From Pseudogymnoascus verrucosus (taxonomy: Eukaryota): a stretch of 64,000 nt of DNA. Location: assembly GCA_001662655.1 (NCBI GenBank), contig KV460214.1; one strand, given 5' to 3'. Under the pieces are notes generated by a model. The model was not told the origin of the DNA. It saw nothing but the letters and a program-made list of their open reading frames with translations, and ran no database searches. Positions 11,206 through 22,549 of this stretch are shown here, one piece after another. The translations under genes were made by a program, and so were the position numbers. How positions within the stretch are numbered: the first letter of the stretch is position 1; every line of letters begins with the position of its first letter.

Positions 11206-12351
11206 ATGTTAATCAAAGCAGCATTTGGAGTAATTACGCTAATTACCAACGTGAAGGAGGATACCAACGTGAAGGAGAAAGCCAATGTGCAGGAGGATGC
11301 TAAAGGGCAGGAAGATGCCAATGTGCAGGAGAAAGTCAACGTGCAGGAGAATGCCAATGTGAAGGACAAAGGCAATGTCCAGGGGAAGGACAATGTGCAG
11401 AAGGATGCCAATGTCGAGGATGCCAATGTCGAGGAGAAGGACAATATGCAGGAAGATTCCAATGTCCAGGAGGATTTCAATGTCCAGGAGGATTCCAATG
11501 TCCAAGAGGATTCTAATATCCAGGAGAATACCGGTGTGAAGGACAAAGCCAATGTCCAGGAGATGGACAATGTGCAGGATGATTTCAATGTCCAGGAGGA
11601 TTCCAATGTGAAGGACAAAGCTAATGTCCAGGAGAAGGACAATGTCCAGGAGGATTTCAATGTCCAGAAAGAAGCCAATGTCCAGGAGAAGGACAATGTC
11701 CAGGAGGAAGACGATGACATGAAGCCTCTGCCCCGCGATAAGCCCATTCGCGTACTCATCTCCATTTACACAAAATTGCTCCAAAGTGGTGACAGGATCC
11801 AAGAATTCCGCGGCCATATCAATGAGGCCCTTCCTATCGTTTTCAAGGATCCCGCTTTCGACACTGATGTACCAGTGGACTTGAACCTCCTGTCAGTCGA
11901 GATTAGAGTTAGACACGCATTTGCTGTCCTCGATGCTCACCACGATGCCTATGACTTTCTCACCGCTCACGAGGCAGAGAACAACAAGCTCCCTGTTTAC
12001 TCAGTGAGGCTTGGCAAGCATGGTGTGGTGGTTCAGTTTGAAAGGGCACGCTACCTCGACCAGACGATCAATTTCACAGTAGGCCAGTTGCATAAGTTGA
12101 ACGGATATGAAGTGCAGCCGCCTTTTCTTCGAGACTACACGCTTGGTCCTGTCGAGTATCGTAATAGGAGGGAATTCAAGGCGCTACTTCCAGAGAAGGA
12201 AGCGACCAAGGTGGCCGAAGAGAAAGACATTAGAGAGAATGAAGTTGAAGAGAAAGAAGTTGGAGAGAAAGATGTTGGAGAGAAAGACGTTGGAGAGAAA
12301 GACGTTGGAGAGAAAGTGGCAGAAGAGAAGTTGCCAGACGAGGCCGCTTAA
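11206..12351 (+). CDS. Hypothetical acidic repeat protein (26 NVQE(D/K)x hexapeptides, globular middle, EKDVG pentapeptides); true 5' end uncertain
   Basis: 381-aa ORF. The repeats preserve frame and the unique segment (PIRVLISIYTKLL...) looks like a folded domain. Upstream exons may exist but could not be joined in frame. Confidence 0.6.
   Translation: MLIKAAFGVITLITNVKEDTNVKEKANVQEDAKGQEDANVQEKVNVQENANVKDKGNVQGKDNVQKDANVEDANVEEKDNMQEDSNVQEDFNVQEDSNVQEDSNIQENTGVKDKANVQEMDNVQDDFNVQEDSNVKDKANVQEKDNVQEDFNVQKEANVQEKDNVQEEDDDMKPLPRDKPIRVLISIYTKLLQSGDRIQEFRGHINEALPIVFKDPAFDTDVPVDLNLLSVEIRVRHAFAVLDAHHDAYDFLTAHEAENNKLPVYSVRLGKHGVVVQFERARYLDQTINFTVGQLHKLNGYEVQPPFLRDYTLGPVEYRNRREFKALLPEKEATKVAEEKDIRENEVEEKEVGEKDVGEKDVGEKDVGEKVAEEKLPDEAA
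11248..11712 (+). repeat. Coding minisatellite, ~18-bp unit (AATGTCCAGGAGGA/AA...), 26 units
   Basis: Directly visible; units counted from the translation. One unit is 15 bp. Confidence 0.9.
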
Positions 12352-12881
12352 GGGTAGATGCAACACACACGAGAAAGCCCTACAGGAGCGAGATACAGCA
12401 CGGAAAAGCAACAAACAGAAAAGGATCGCACATTTTATACCGTTCAAGAAACCCAAGAAGCCAAGAGGTTAATACCAATGAGATAAATTATGAGGTGGGT
12501 TGACTGACAACAACAATTGGCCTTTACTAACGGTAGTAGATGTTTACTGATTTGTTCTGCTGTACCCGTTGAGCATTGCGTGGAGATGGCAAAGTTTCGG
12601 CACCTGAGCTGTTGTGTTGTCTGCAGCTATGTTCATTCTCTTTCAGACCAACCACATGAAATGCACCTTTACGGTCTACTCTCTGTCCCACATTGCATAT
12701 GATACCCTGACTTCACATTGTAACCAGCAAACGTCATAAACCCCCAAAGGGCAATCAATTCCAGCTACGGAAGGGCCATATTACTTCCTCCATCCCTCCC
12801 CAATTTTCAAATCTACAATGCCCAATCCAAGCCCCCAAAACGCCATAAGTACAAAACCTAACCACCCTAACAACCCAATCA

Positions 12882-14927
12882 TCACATCTTCCCCGGCCAC
12901 TGCTCCACACTCTCCGCCGCACTCAACGGACTGACCGTCTCCCTCCCCACAGCATCCTGCCCTCTAAACTCAAACTGCCTCCTCTCCCCCTCAAACCCCC
13001 CATCACGTAACCTCGTCCTCGACTCACTCCTCTCCCTCCTCGGCCGACTCCCACTCCTCCTCCTCCCCCTATCCTGCCTCACGCCCTCCTCAGCCTTCTC
13101 CCCTTCCTCCCCATTCCCAGCACGCGGCAACAACTTCGCCGCCAGCTCCCGCAGACTCGCGTTGCGGGATAACGGCACGGGTCCATCAGATTGCACAGCG
13201 CTGATGGGCACCGATGCTGGGACAGGAACGGTGTTAGGGCTCGAAGTAGAGATGCCGAGGCCGATGAAGGAGCGCATATCCATTGTGTCACGGCGCGGTG
13301 CGGGGATGGGCATGGCGATGATGGGGACGGTTTGTTTGTCGAGGCGTTGGAGGGGGGGTTGGGGGAGGGGTTGGGTGGGGGGCGGTGCGAGGCGGGGGGC
13401 GTAGTCGCGGGGGGCGTAGTCACGGGGGGCGTAGTCACGGGGGTTGTAGGTGGGGAGGGGGATGGGGGGTCGGTGGTTGTGGAGGGCTGTTGGGTAGGAC
13501 GGTGGGGAGGTGGCGGAGGGAGGGGAGAAGGTGGTTGATGTGGAGAGAATGGAGGAGGCGCGGCCGGGGCGGTTGAAGTGCATGTAGGTGGAGGATGAGG
13601 AGCGGGGGTTGTAGGGCGCTTGTGTGGGTTGAGTTGGTGCTGAGGGTCGTTGGGTGGGTGCGATGACGGAGTTCATGCGGAGAGGGTTTGGAGGGCCTGC
13701 TGGGGCCTGTGGTGGTGCTGGTGCCTGTGTTGGCAGTGGGGTGATAGCACGCATGCCAACGGGTGCAGCGGCTTGAGTCAGTGGTTCTGGCGACCCAACT
13801 AAACTTGATCGGCCAGATGATATACTCGAGAACTTTGTGTAGGCGCTGGCTGGTGGGCTTGCACTGCGGTTAATACCGTCTAAAGTGATACTGTGACCAT
13901 TCCAGTCTTCAGAGACAGGCTCGGCTTTATAATTCGAGTACGGTGCCGGAATAGGTTCTGATTTGTACGAGTAGGCGCCGTCTGTAGGAGGGCTGATGCT
14001 GCTCGAGCCATAGCGTGGGTCGTAATGGGTATTTAATTTGGGAGAATTGCGGACACGGCGCCATTTAAAGCAGTAGATAAACGTGGCGGCGGCAATGATC
14101 AGAGCGACAAGCACACAAGCAACTGCAATGCCAGCTTTGGCGCCTGTGCTAAGGCCATTTGAGGAAGTGGGAGTTTCTTTGACGGGGTTGAAGGGGGTCG
14201 AGGTGATGTTGACAGGGAATCCTGAGAAGACGGACCCATCGAGGCCGATGAGTGATGATTGTGATGGGTGTTGGTTGCAACCAGCTTCGAGAGCAGTGAG
14301 AACTAATATTGTCAGTTTTGCAAAATGGAGGCGATTTTGAATGCACTACTAACAGTTTGTCACATAGATATTGCCCACCATGTGCTTCAGGCATGTGTAG
14401 CAGACCGGCTTCCGATGTACAAAGCTCTGGCTGTCCGCAGCACAGTAATCGAAGATATCTCCTGCCTCTATACTTTCATTCCCTGCACTGAGTGATTTGG
14501 AAAGCGGGTTACACGTCGTATCGACCATGCAAGGGCCGCTCAATGTCTCAGCGTTGTTGGTTCCAAAAAGGCACCCTGTCCCAAATTAGTAAATGGAGAG
14601 AATAGAGATATTTCTGTACTCACAGTCCGAGGCGAATCTCAAATTATAGATGAACCACATTTGGTCATTTTCAGCATCGGTGCCGAAGCTGCTTCCTTGC
14701 AGACAATTCAGGCATTCCTCGAACTGCTGTCCCTTCTTGGAAGTGTAGTCTTCGTCATTGCATACGATGTCTCCCTCGTGTGTCCCTGAAAGCGATTGGT
14801 CTAATGTGGAGCCGCCATTGACACACACGGTAGTGCATGGCGAGTTGGGCGTTACTCGTAGGGCAGATGCGAGGGTAACGGTGAGGAGAAGAAGTATGAA
14901 TCTGGTCCTAAAGAATGGCAAAGCCAT
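12882..14927 (-). CDS. Cys-rich type I membrane protein, paralog C
   Basis: Exons 14927-14624, 14575-14354 and 14302-12882. Signal peptide; LRVTPNSPCTTVC...FEECLNC...YNLRFASDWCLFG...PCMVDTTC...FDYC...CYTCL...NFLTALEAGCNQHP; TM GAKAGIAVACVLVALIIAAATFIYC; long Pro-rich tail with YAPRD repeats ending EQWPGKM. Confidence 0.85.
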
Positions 14928-16359
14928 CTCAGCAAAGAGATAGGGCGAGGTTCATATGAGGCTCCAGGCAAAGCAATCAGTCGAACGGAAACTGCAGCCA
15001 GTACAGCGGGGGCTGACAATCGTTGCCGGCGTCGTCCTCGTGAGAAGAGATGAGAAACGAAGCAGTAGAAGAGGGAAAGAAAGCTAGTTCTTTCAATGGA
15101 AGTCCCAACACCAGTGATCCTACACGGCTCTCGAAGAAAGGGAACCTCAATGCCTCAAAGCCATCAAGTATGCAAAGGGAAACAAAGCCAAAGGAAAACA
15201 GCAGAGCTACAGACTATATCTTAGCTCACGCACCTACCACGCTGTCCCAGGGCTACCCGCAGGCCCACGAGCAACATCCACACAACCTACCTTATGTGAG
15301 GGCCCCCGTCACGGTCTCCCATTGGCAGGTCGTTGTCCAGCGAGGCGTCTTTGTGCTGGATATGGAGACGGCTGGTCTAGTCCCCGTCGAAGGCTGGAAG
15401 GAAAGCGATTTAGCCCTCGTTATTGTTTCGTGGGATACGCCACCTCCAATAGAGGAGGCCATATGCATTGGCCTGGATATAGGCGCCGTGGGCCGCAGAT
15501 GTAGCGCCCTAGCGTGCGGATGGGGTCAGCGACAGGCCTCCTCCTGTCATGTTGCTGTGGTGGTGTTTATGATGATGAGAGCTGTAGCATAGTTCTTCAC
15601 CGCTTGAGATGGAGGATGCATATGAAGTCAACATTCTAATCCTCCTCTTCAACCTGTCTGTCTTCCAGTAAATCATAACTTCACAACTGTCTCATTGCTC
15701 AATTTCGTGTTCTTTGTTCCTTCCAAACGGAAAGTTCGACCTACATACCACATCCGTCCCCACACGCACCAGATAAGCAGCTGCCCGCCCACGATCCTAA
15801 GCGAAGCCACTCACTTCACATCATAAGCGCTCAACCCAGCTCCACGATCATCTACACGCTCTCATTCGTCCACGACCTCAGACCTGTAAACGCTCTTCAG
15901 CGGAGACAATTGTCCAATATCAAATCAGGACTCACGTGAATGGGGTGATGCTGTGCAGAGTAAGCCTTGGACCTGCCAACTTCCAGGATCAACATTACCA
16001 ATGAACGATGAACTCCACCCGAGTTTATTGCTAGGCTAAGGGCGCTTCCGGGAACCCCTTCGTGAAATTGGAAGTTGCCTGGCTGGCGGCTAGTGGATGC
16101 CACAATACTGAGGTTGTTGGGCTCCTCGTGGCATAAGCGCGCCGAGAAGGAATGGAGTAAGTGTTCTGTTGGTCTCTTTCTATTTGACGCGGGTATTCGT
16201 GTCACGGTTGGAATTGCCAGCTGTACAACAACAGGTAGTATATTTCGATTCGTATTCACTTTCTTTTCGGGCTTGTTGGTTTTACCAAGTTTTGGTCTTG
16301 TTGGTTTTCCACGTTCTGGTCCTATTAGCTTTGCCACGTTGCTCGTGGTGTTGGTGGTT

Positions 16360-16532
16360 TTCATTGACTTCCTATTATAGACCAGGGAAAGCGATGATCA
16401 CTGAAGCCAATGAGAGCATTGTTGACTTCACATCACAGGTCCGGTAACAGGTGATCACTGAAGTCAATGAAGACTTCATCAACTTCAAACTATAGACCAG
16501 GAAAAGCGAAGATCACTGAAGTCAATGAGAAC
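16360..16532. repeat. Three ~57-bp tandem units, each bounded by imperfect 12-bp inverted repeats
   Basis: Units begin with variants of TTCATTGACTTC and end GATCACTGAAG(T/C)CAATGA(A/G); TTCATTGACTTC and GAAGTCAATGAA are reverse complements. Confidence 0.7.
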
Positions 16533-16725
16533 TTTTCTGGATAATAATGGCACAGCGTTTACTACTGACGATTCCTACGAGCCTGAGTGGCTGAATCCTC
16601 CACACCCATTACTGCTTTATGAAACAAATCATAAAATGACCCCCGGTCTCCCAAAAAACCCCAGCCTCCAGCAGGAAAAACCATTTCCATATCCAACATA
16701 AAACCCTCATCTCTCTCGACATCTC

Positions 16726-18051
16726 CTACTGCCTTGCCCTCGGTGGTGGCGGCGGCATACCCATCGACGACGAAACCGTGAACCCTCTCGTCGCCGCCTC
16801 CATCGCCCATTCATTGTGCAGCCTCTGATCCTCCTGCTCCTTATCGACCGGCGTCACCACACTCGAAACCTTCTCCATCTCATACCCATGCTGCTGCGGC
16901 CACTCCCACTGCTGGGGCGCTACCGCGTCCCTCGCGCTGACGGGGCTGTTATACTGACTCGAGTACGGCGAGAAGCCGTTCTTGTCATTCAGATACGCGT
17001 TAGCGGACATGGGACTCTCTTCCTGAACGCCGCTCATGTTCGACTCCCACTTTGTGGTCACGCGCGGCGCGGGCAGCACGCGATTCGTCGAGCCGAAGCC
17101 GGTGTACTCCTCTGCGCGGCGCTGGCGTTCGGCGATTCGGGCGCGGCGGCGTCGCTTACCGCAGCAGACGATCGTGGTTCCGATTATAGCGAGCAGGACA
17201 CAGATTCCGGCAATGGCGATGCCGATGCGGGTTCCGAGGGACATGGTTGGGGCGTTGGATGTGGGTTTAGAGTCGCCATGGCTCGTAAAGTCCGTGAGGT
17301 CGACGTAGTCTCCGCCAAAGAGGTCTTTTTGCAGGGGGAGGGGGGCGCCATTTTGGTTAGCACAGCCTGCGAGGATAGTGATGAAGTCTAATGCGTGGTT
17401 AGTATTGTATCTTTGTCGTCTCCAAGGGTCAGGCTTACAATTTGATAGGTATGTTTGGTCGCCTTGTCGGATACAATCCTTGCATTTATCCACTGAAGCC
17501 GTCGGAGGAATGCTCGGGCAGTAATCGTATGTGGTAATATTGGGAGACAGGCCTTCGTATTGGAGACTACTCTGGAAAGGCTCACATGCCCGACTTGTGA
17601 GGCACGGCTAACAAACGATCAGTATATGCAGTATGAGATTCAAGGTTGGGCAATAAAGCTCACTGAATTCTGCACGGTCGAGTTGCCTGGAAAACCCCAC
17701 ATACAACTACTCATGGCATACCGAATGTTATCTTCAAAATCGCAAGTCAGCACTGACACATCTACATGAGAGAGTGATAGAAAGAAGCTTACAGAGTACC
17801 CATTTCAGGTCTGTATCTCCCGTTTTGGAGTCCATCGCAGTGCTTGTCATTTGGCATGATATGCATTTCGAGAATTCCTGACCTTTGGCCGTATTCAAAT
17901 CTGCTTCGGCGCAGAGGATCTCAGAGCCCGTCGTCGACGTGACATCCCCGCATAGCGACGCACACGGCGACGTTGGGACTGTTCGTATGGCAGCGCTCTG
18001 TCCGACGAATCCAGCTGCCACTATCGCCGTCGACGGAATTAAAAGACGCAT
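16726..18051 (-). CDS. Cys-rich type I membrane protein, paralog D
   Basis: Four exons, start MRLLIPSTAIVAAG at 18051. IRTVPTSPCASLC...FSKCISC...YNIRYAMSSCMWG...PCLTSRAC...YDYC...KCKDC...NYFITILAGC; TM GTRIGIAIAGICVLLAIIGTTIVCC followed by GKRRRRAR; tail with FSPYSSQYNSP. Confidence 0.85.
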
Positions 18052-19202
18052 GGCTAAAATATCAAATGGGTATCTTCTCGCAAATAGTAACGATGGTATG
18101 AGTGGTATGGAGTGGGTATACGGTGCTGGTCCAGTAACGAGCGGGACTGGTAGCTCAACGTCTATCTTGACCAGCAAGAGATGGGACAGTATGCCATTAC
18201 CTTGAGCATCAAGAAACGTAAGACAGACACCATGGAGACAGAAGAAGTTCTATATACCTCCCATCCCATCACCTACCTAGGAACTCCCTCCCCTCCCCTC
18301 CCCGCCCCCCAAAAGCCACACATCCGTCTCGCACAAGTGCAACACCAACGCGGTAGCGTAAACAGGAACCCTCCCACAAGATTCGATCAATATAATATCC
18401 ACCAGAACGGTCACCCCGCGACAACCAACGCGCATTAGCCAGTCCCATCCCTCATCACACTTCTTTCTCATGCAGGGGACCATCGGTGCGAGTTGCCCGA
18501 TGGCAATCCCGCCGCGCGATTGGCTTGGCTGAAAGCTTGGCGGCCTCGATCACCGTCAACCATGGGGCATTCACACAATAGTGATAGTGTGTGATAGTGA
18601 TGAGATGACGGCGGCCCCCAATGAGGGCCCATGAGGCGCACGAAAGCGACGGGACGAGGCACAACACCCGTTTGTTTAGTGGGCGGGCCGGCGATTGGGC
18701 CTGGGGATGTTGGTCTATGGCCCCCAACCGCCCGGAGCGGAGACATCCATCGCTACTTTCTCATCTGTGGCTCCGGCGGTGGCTGCGGCACGCTCGATTG
18801 AGAATGTCGGTGAGCACGACTGCCGTGAGTCTGTGTGAGTACTACTCAGGCCAGTGCATAGAGTTACAATTTCTCTGGATAAATTGCCGCCGGTGTGAGA
18901 CCTGTCGCAGTGTAACAGGGTGAATCAGGGCAGGATGTACGGCGCGCTGTGCCCTTGGGGACAGGCGATTTGGTTGCCCAGACCCGCTAATACAAATCTG
19001 TAAATGCAAGGATTCTCCCAAATGGACTGTACGTACCTCATGGATCCTTCAGGCCTCTACTCGTAAAACCACCTACGATTCACGCTGTATACACGATCAC
19101 CAGCGATACCCCGGTAATTATTCTGAGGGTGTTTGCGATGACAGCCGGCTAGGAAGTAATTTGTGTATTTGATCGTTGGCGTGGGCCTTGGAGAGAGGGG
19201 AG

Positions 19203-20524
19203 ATGGCGGCCATCAACTATAATGGCAGGACGGCGTGGGCCATTGCCCTGACGGTGCTGTTTCTGATATGGACGGTCAAATTTCTGCAACCACCCGCAGT
19301 GAGCCATGTACGAGCACTTGCCTACCCGATATACAGAATGCAAAAGCTAACGATGGAGCAGTTACAACCTGCCAGTCCGGTACCAGCAGTAGCAAAAGAG
19401 GCCCCGAAGGTCAACCCCTCTATACCCAAACCGCCGTTGCCCTCGGAGGCCTCAAACATCCAAGGCGGAGGAGCGCATGTCGCAGTACCAGACTCGAAGA
19501 AGGAAGCTGCTGTTGAAGAGTCAGCAAAGGCAAAAGAAGCCGCAGCTGCTTCCACCAAAGCTGCGACACCACAACCTACATCCGCGAAGGGTCCATCAGC
19601 CTCTCCCACCGATAGACCCCTAATTCTCTACGCCTATAGCGAAACCCCGAATGCCCGCACAAACCTAATTTTCTTCCTGGCGCATGGCCTCCACCAGAAT
19701 GCCGACTTTGTGTTTGTCATGAATGGCAAGTCTAGCGCTACTGCTCTCATCCCCAATAAGTCGAATATACGAATCGTGCAGCGCGAGAATGATTGCTACG
19801 ATCTTGGCGCATACGCGGAGGTTCTCACAACGGACGATTTCTACAAGGCGTATCAGAGGTATATCCTTATGAACGCTAGTATTCGTGGACCGTTCTTGCC
19901 TGCGTGGGCGTCGGGATGCTGGAGCGACATGTATCTGGGGAAAATTACAGATAAAGTCAAGGTTCGTTAACTGCTATCTACTTTTCTCCCTTACCTCACT
20001 ATCCAGAACTTGGTTCCTGCCAGCACATGCAGCTACTCATCCTTACCTAACGAAAGAGTCTCACTAACACCATCCAGCTCGTCGGCATGACAGGAAACTG
20101 CCAACCCATCTTCCACGTCCAATCCATGATCTGGGCCACCGACCGCACGGGCATCGAGCTCCTCCTCCACCCCCCCGCGGACCCCAAGCTCCCAGCCGAC
20201 AAACAAGAAGTCGGCATCAACTCCTGCTTCCACACCTGGGAGACAGCCGTGCACGCCGAGATCTACGCTACCCAGATCATCCTGTCAGCGGGCTACGAGG
20301 CGTCAGTCATGATGTCTGCGTTCCATGCTAAGAAGACGTTTGTACAGGACTGTGATAAGGGCGGGAATGGTGATGCGTTGTGGAATGGGAAGTATTATGG
20401 TACGAATGTGCATCCGTATGAGACAGTGTTTATGAAGTCGAATCGTGATATTGATCCGATACTCATGACGCGCTTGACGGAGTGGACGGATGGAGGGGGG
20501 TATAGCAGCTATGACCACTGTTGA
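19203..20524 (+). CDS. Type II membrane protein with RgpF (rhamnan synthesis F)-like putative glycosyltransferase domain
   Basis: N-terminal anchor AWAIALTVLFLIW, Pro/Ala stem, then PLILYAY...DFVFVMNG...QRENDCYDLGAY...YILMNASIRGPF...LVGMTGNC...HVQSM...HPYETVFMK. Introns 19299-19361 (in frame, probable) and 19962-20077. The RENxxYDxGA...NxSxxGP pattern recalls RgpF-like proteins. Confidence 0.7.
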
Positions 20525-20645
20525 GGAGGGGTTGTATGATGTGTGTGTATATATAATGACCACTGTTGAGGAGGGGTTGTATGATGTGTGTGTATATATA
20601 ATGACCACTGTTGAGGAGGGGTTGTATGATGTGTATGTATATATA
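20511..20645 (+). repeat. 45-bp tandem repeat x3 overlapping the stop codon of the RgpF-like gene
   Basis: ATGACCACTGTTGAGGAGGGGTTGTATGATGTGTGTGTATATATA at 20511, 20556 and 20601 (one mismatch in the third copy). Confidence 0.95.
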
Positions 20646-21061
20646 ATGGATTTAGCTTCGGATTGGGACATGGATGGCATTATGAGCGGCCAGGCGTCCT
20701 TGTATGATTTTTCTGGTGGCAATCATGCTCGCCACATATAGGGGGGAAAAGCGTTGCTTACATAGTGGAGAGCGAATAAAAGGTTGCTAGGCAATCTGAT
20801 GTCTCTTCGCCCACAATGAGCGGGCTCAATCAATCGTACTTGTTTCCATTTTGATGACATGAGATTGTGGTGAAGTCAATAAAGCCTCTAGCTTTCTTAT
20901 GGGTAGTTTAACGAGCGGTTGGCAGATGAAACTGTGATACCAGCACAAAGCGCTAACTGCTTCATGAGGTGTAACACCAACAATATGAATTGTATGTAAA
21001 GCTACACCTAATGATACTACCACTCCCAAACTCAGTACCGTACGCCCAAACACAACATCCC

Positions 21062-22549
21062 CTACTTCCTCGCAAACTTCGCCTTCGGGAACTCCAACGG
21101 CAGCCGCAACCTCGCAAACTTGTGCTGCATAGCAGCCGCCTTGTCCAACCCCAACCTCTTCTTCTCGCCCTCATTCGCCGCCATGATCCGCGCCCCAATC
21201 TCCGAAAAGTACGTCTGCATCTGCTTCCCCTCCAGTTTCAGGTCCTCGCGCAGGTCATACACGTCGACCTCGAAGTTATCCACGATCAGCGCCAGGGCAC
21301 ACACATTCGTGATCAGCAGATCCATCTGGAACTTTGACATCATGCCGTGATCCGAGAACTTGCGCTGAATGTTGCCCGCCACGGCCTCCGGAATACCCGG
21401 CATGGCCTTGCGAAGCTCGTCCTTCTTGGGGAGCGCGCGCACGCCCCGGCGCGGGATGGTGGCGCCGTAGAACTCGAGGATGGTGAGGAGGTAGCGGAGA
21501 ACTTTTAGTTTGGGGACGCTGGAGGAGGCGAGGAGGATGCGGTCGGAGACGAATTTGGAGCTGGTGATGATTTGCTCCTTGGCTTTGACGGCGTCTTGCC
21601 ATTCTTTGACGGGGATCACTTTCATGATCTCTGAGCCGACGAGGTCGTCGATCGTGTAGACGTCCTTGGGGCTCTCGGCGGCGAGGTTCGCGCGGGGGCG
21701 GGGTTTCGACTCGTCGACTACGGTCTGAAGTTCTTCGGTCGTGGCCATCCCGGATGTGACTTCGGCCATGTTGCGGAGCATGGCTGCGGTGACGGCATCG
21801 TGCTTGACTGGCTCGGTGTTGGCGAGCTCAGCAGCTGTTCTGGGCTTGGAGATGGCGTTCTCGGTAAGAGATGCAATAGCCTTCTTCGACTTCTTCGTTC
21901 CGAATGTTTGGCCGAGGTCGTTTCGCAATTCTCTCATATTCTATTTTTGTTAGTATTTGCATATAGCGTAGTATCGCAAAGTAACATACCTTGTAGTCTC
22001 CCTTCTCCGCAAATGCTTCTGGTGCAGCATTCTGTGCTCTTACAATCCCTCTCACAGTCATTTTCCTCGACTCGATAACCTGCAGGCCACCCGTCGCTGG
22101 GTCATAGACACCGATGTAGTGCTTTAATAAACTGTCTGTGCCGCCCGCCTCTTCCTCCCTACCAACATAATCAATCGCTGGGTGCTCTGAAGACTCAATT
22201 AAGAGTTCATTGGTGGCTATCGATCCGCTCTGGCCTGGCCGTTGAGGGGCATTGCTGCGGCGCTTGGTGTATGGTTTGAGGGACAACGACTTGTCGAAAG
22301 CGAGGCCAGGAGTAGAAGCTAAATATTGTAAGCATTATTCAGTGTAATGATAGTATGAGGAGCCGCCAATTTGCACGGCGACGAGGGAGAAAATAATCTT
22401 TACATACCTACGATAGGCGCCCAATCGTCGGTATTCTGGACGACGGTTACCGTGACTTCAGACGCCCCAGGAGTTTCCACAGCGACTTTTTTGCTCGACT
22501 TCTGTGAGCCATCTGCATTTCTCTTGCGTTTCTTGGTAGGTTCCGACAT
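21062..22549 (-). CDS. RPA49: RNA polymerase I subunit A49-like
   Basis: Start MSEPTKKRKR at 22549; introns at ~22408-22319 and ~21989-21941. Contains HYIGVYDP, LGQTFGTKKSKKAI, YFSEIGA and a C-terminal ARLRLPLEFP typical of A49. Confidence 0.9.

Noticed and set aside
10953..11817. Long hydrophobic minus-strand ORFs (270 and 192 aa)
   Set aside because: Antisense readings of the 18-bp coding minisatellite.
15050..15592. 180-aa plus-strand ORF
   Set aside because: Overlaps the promoter/5' region of paralog C, with no recognisable domain or coding-style bias.
20511..20645. Short regular repeats as a possible CRISPR array
   Set aside because: Head-to-tail tandem copies with no spacers, a eukaryotic context and no cas genes.
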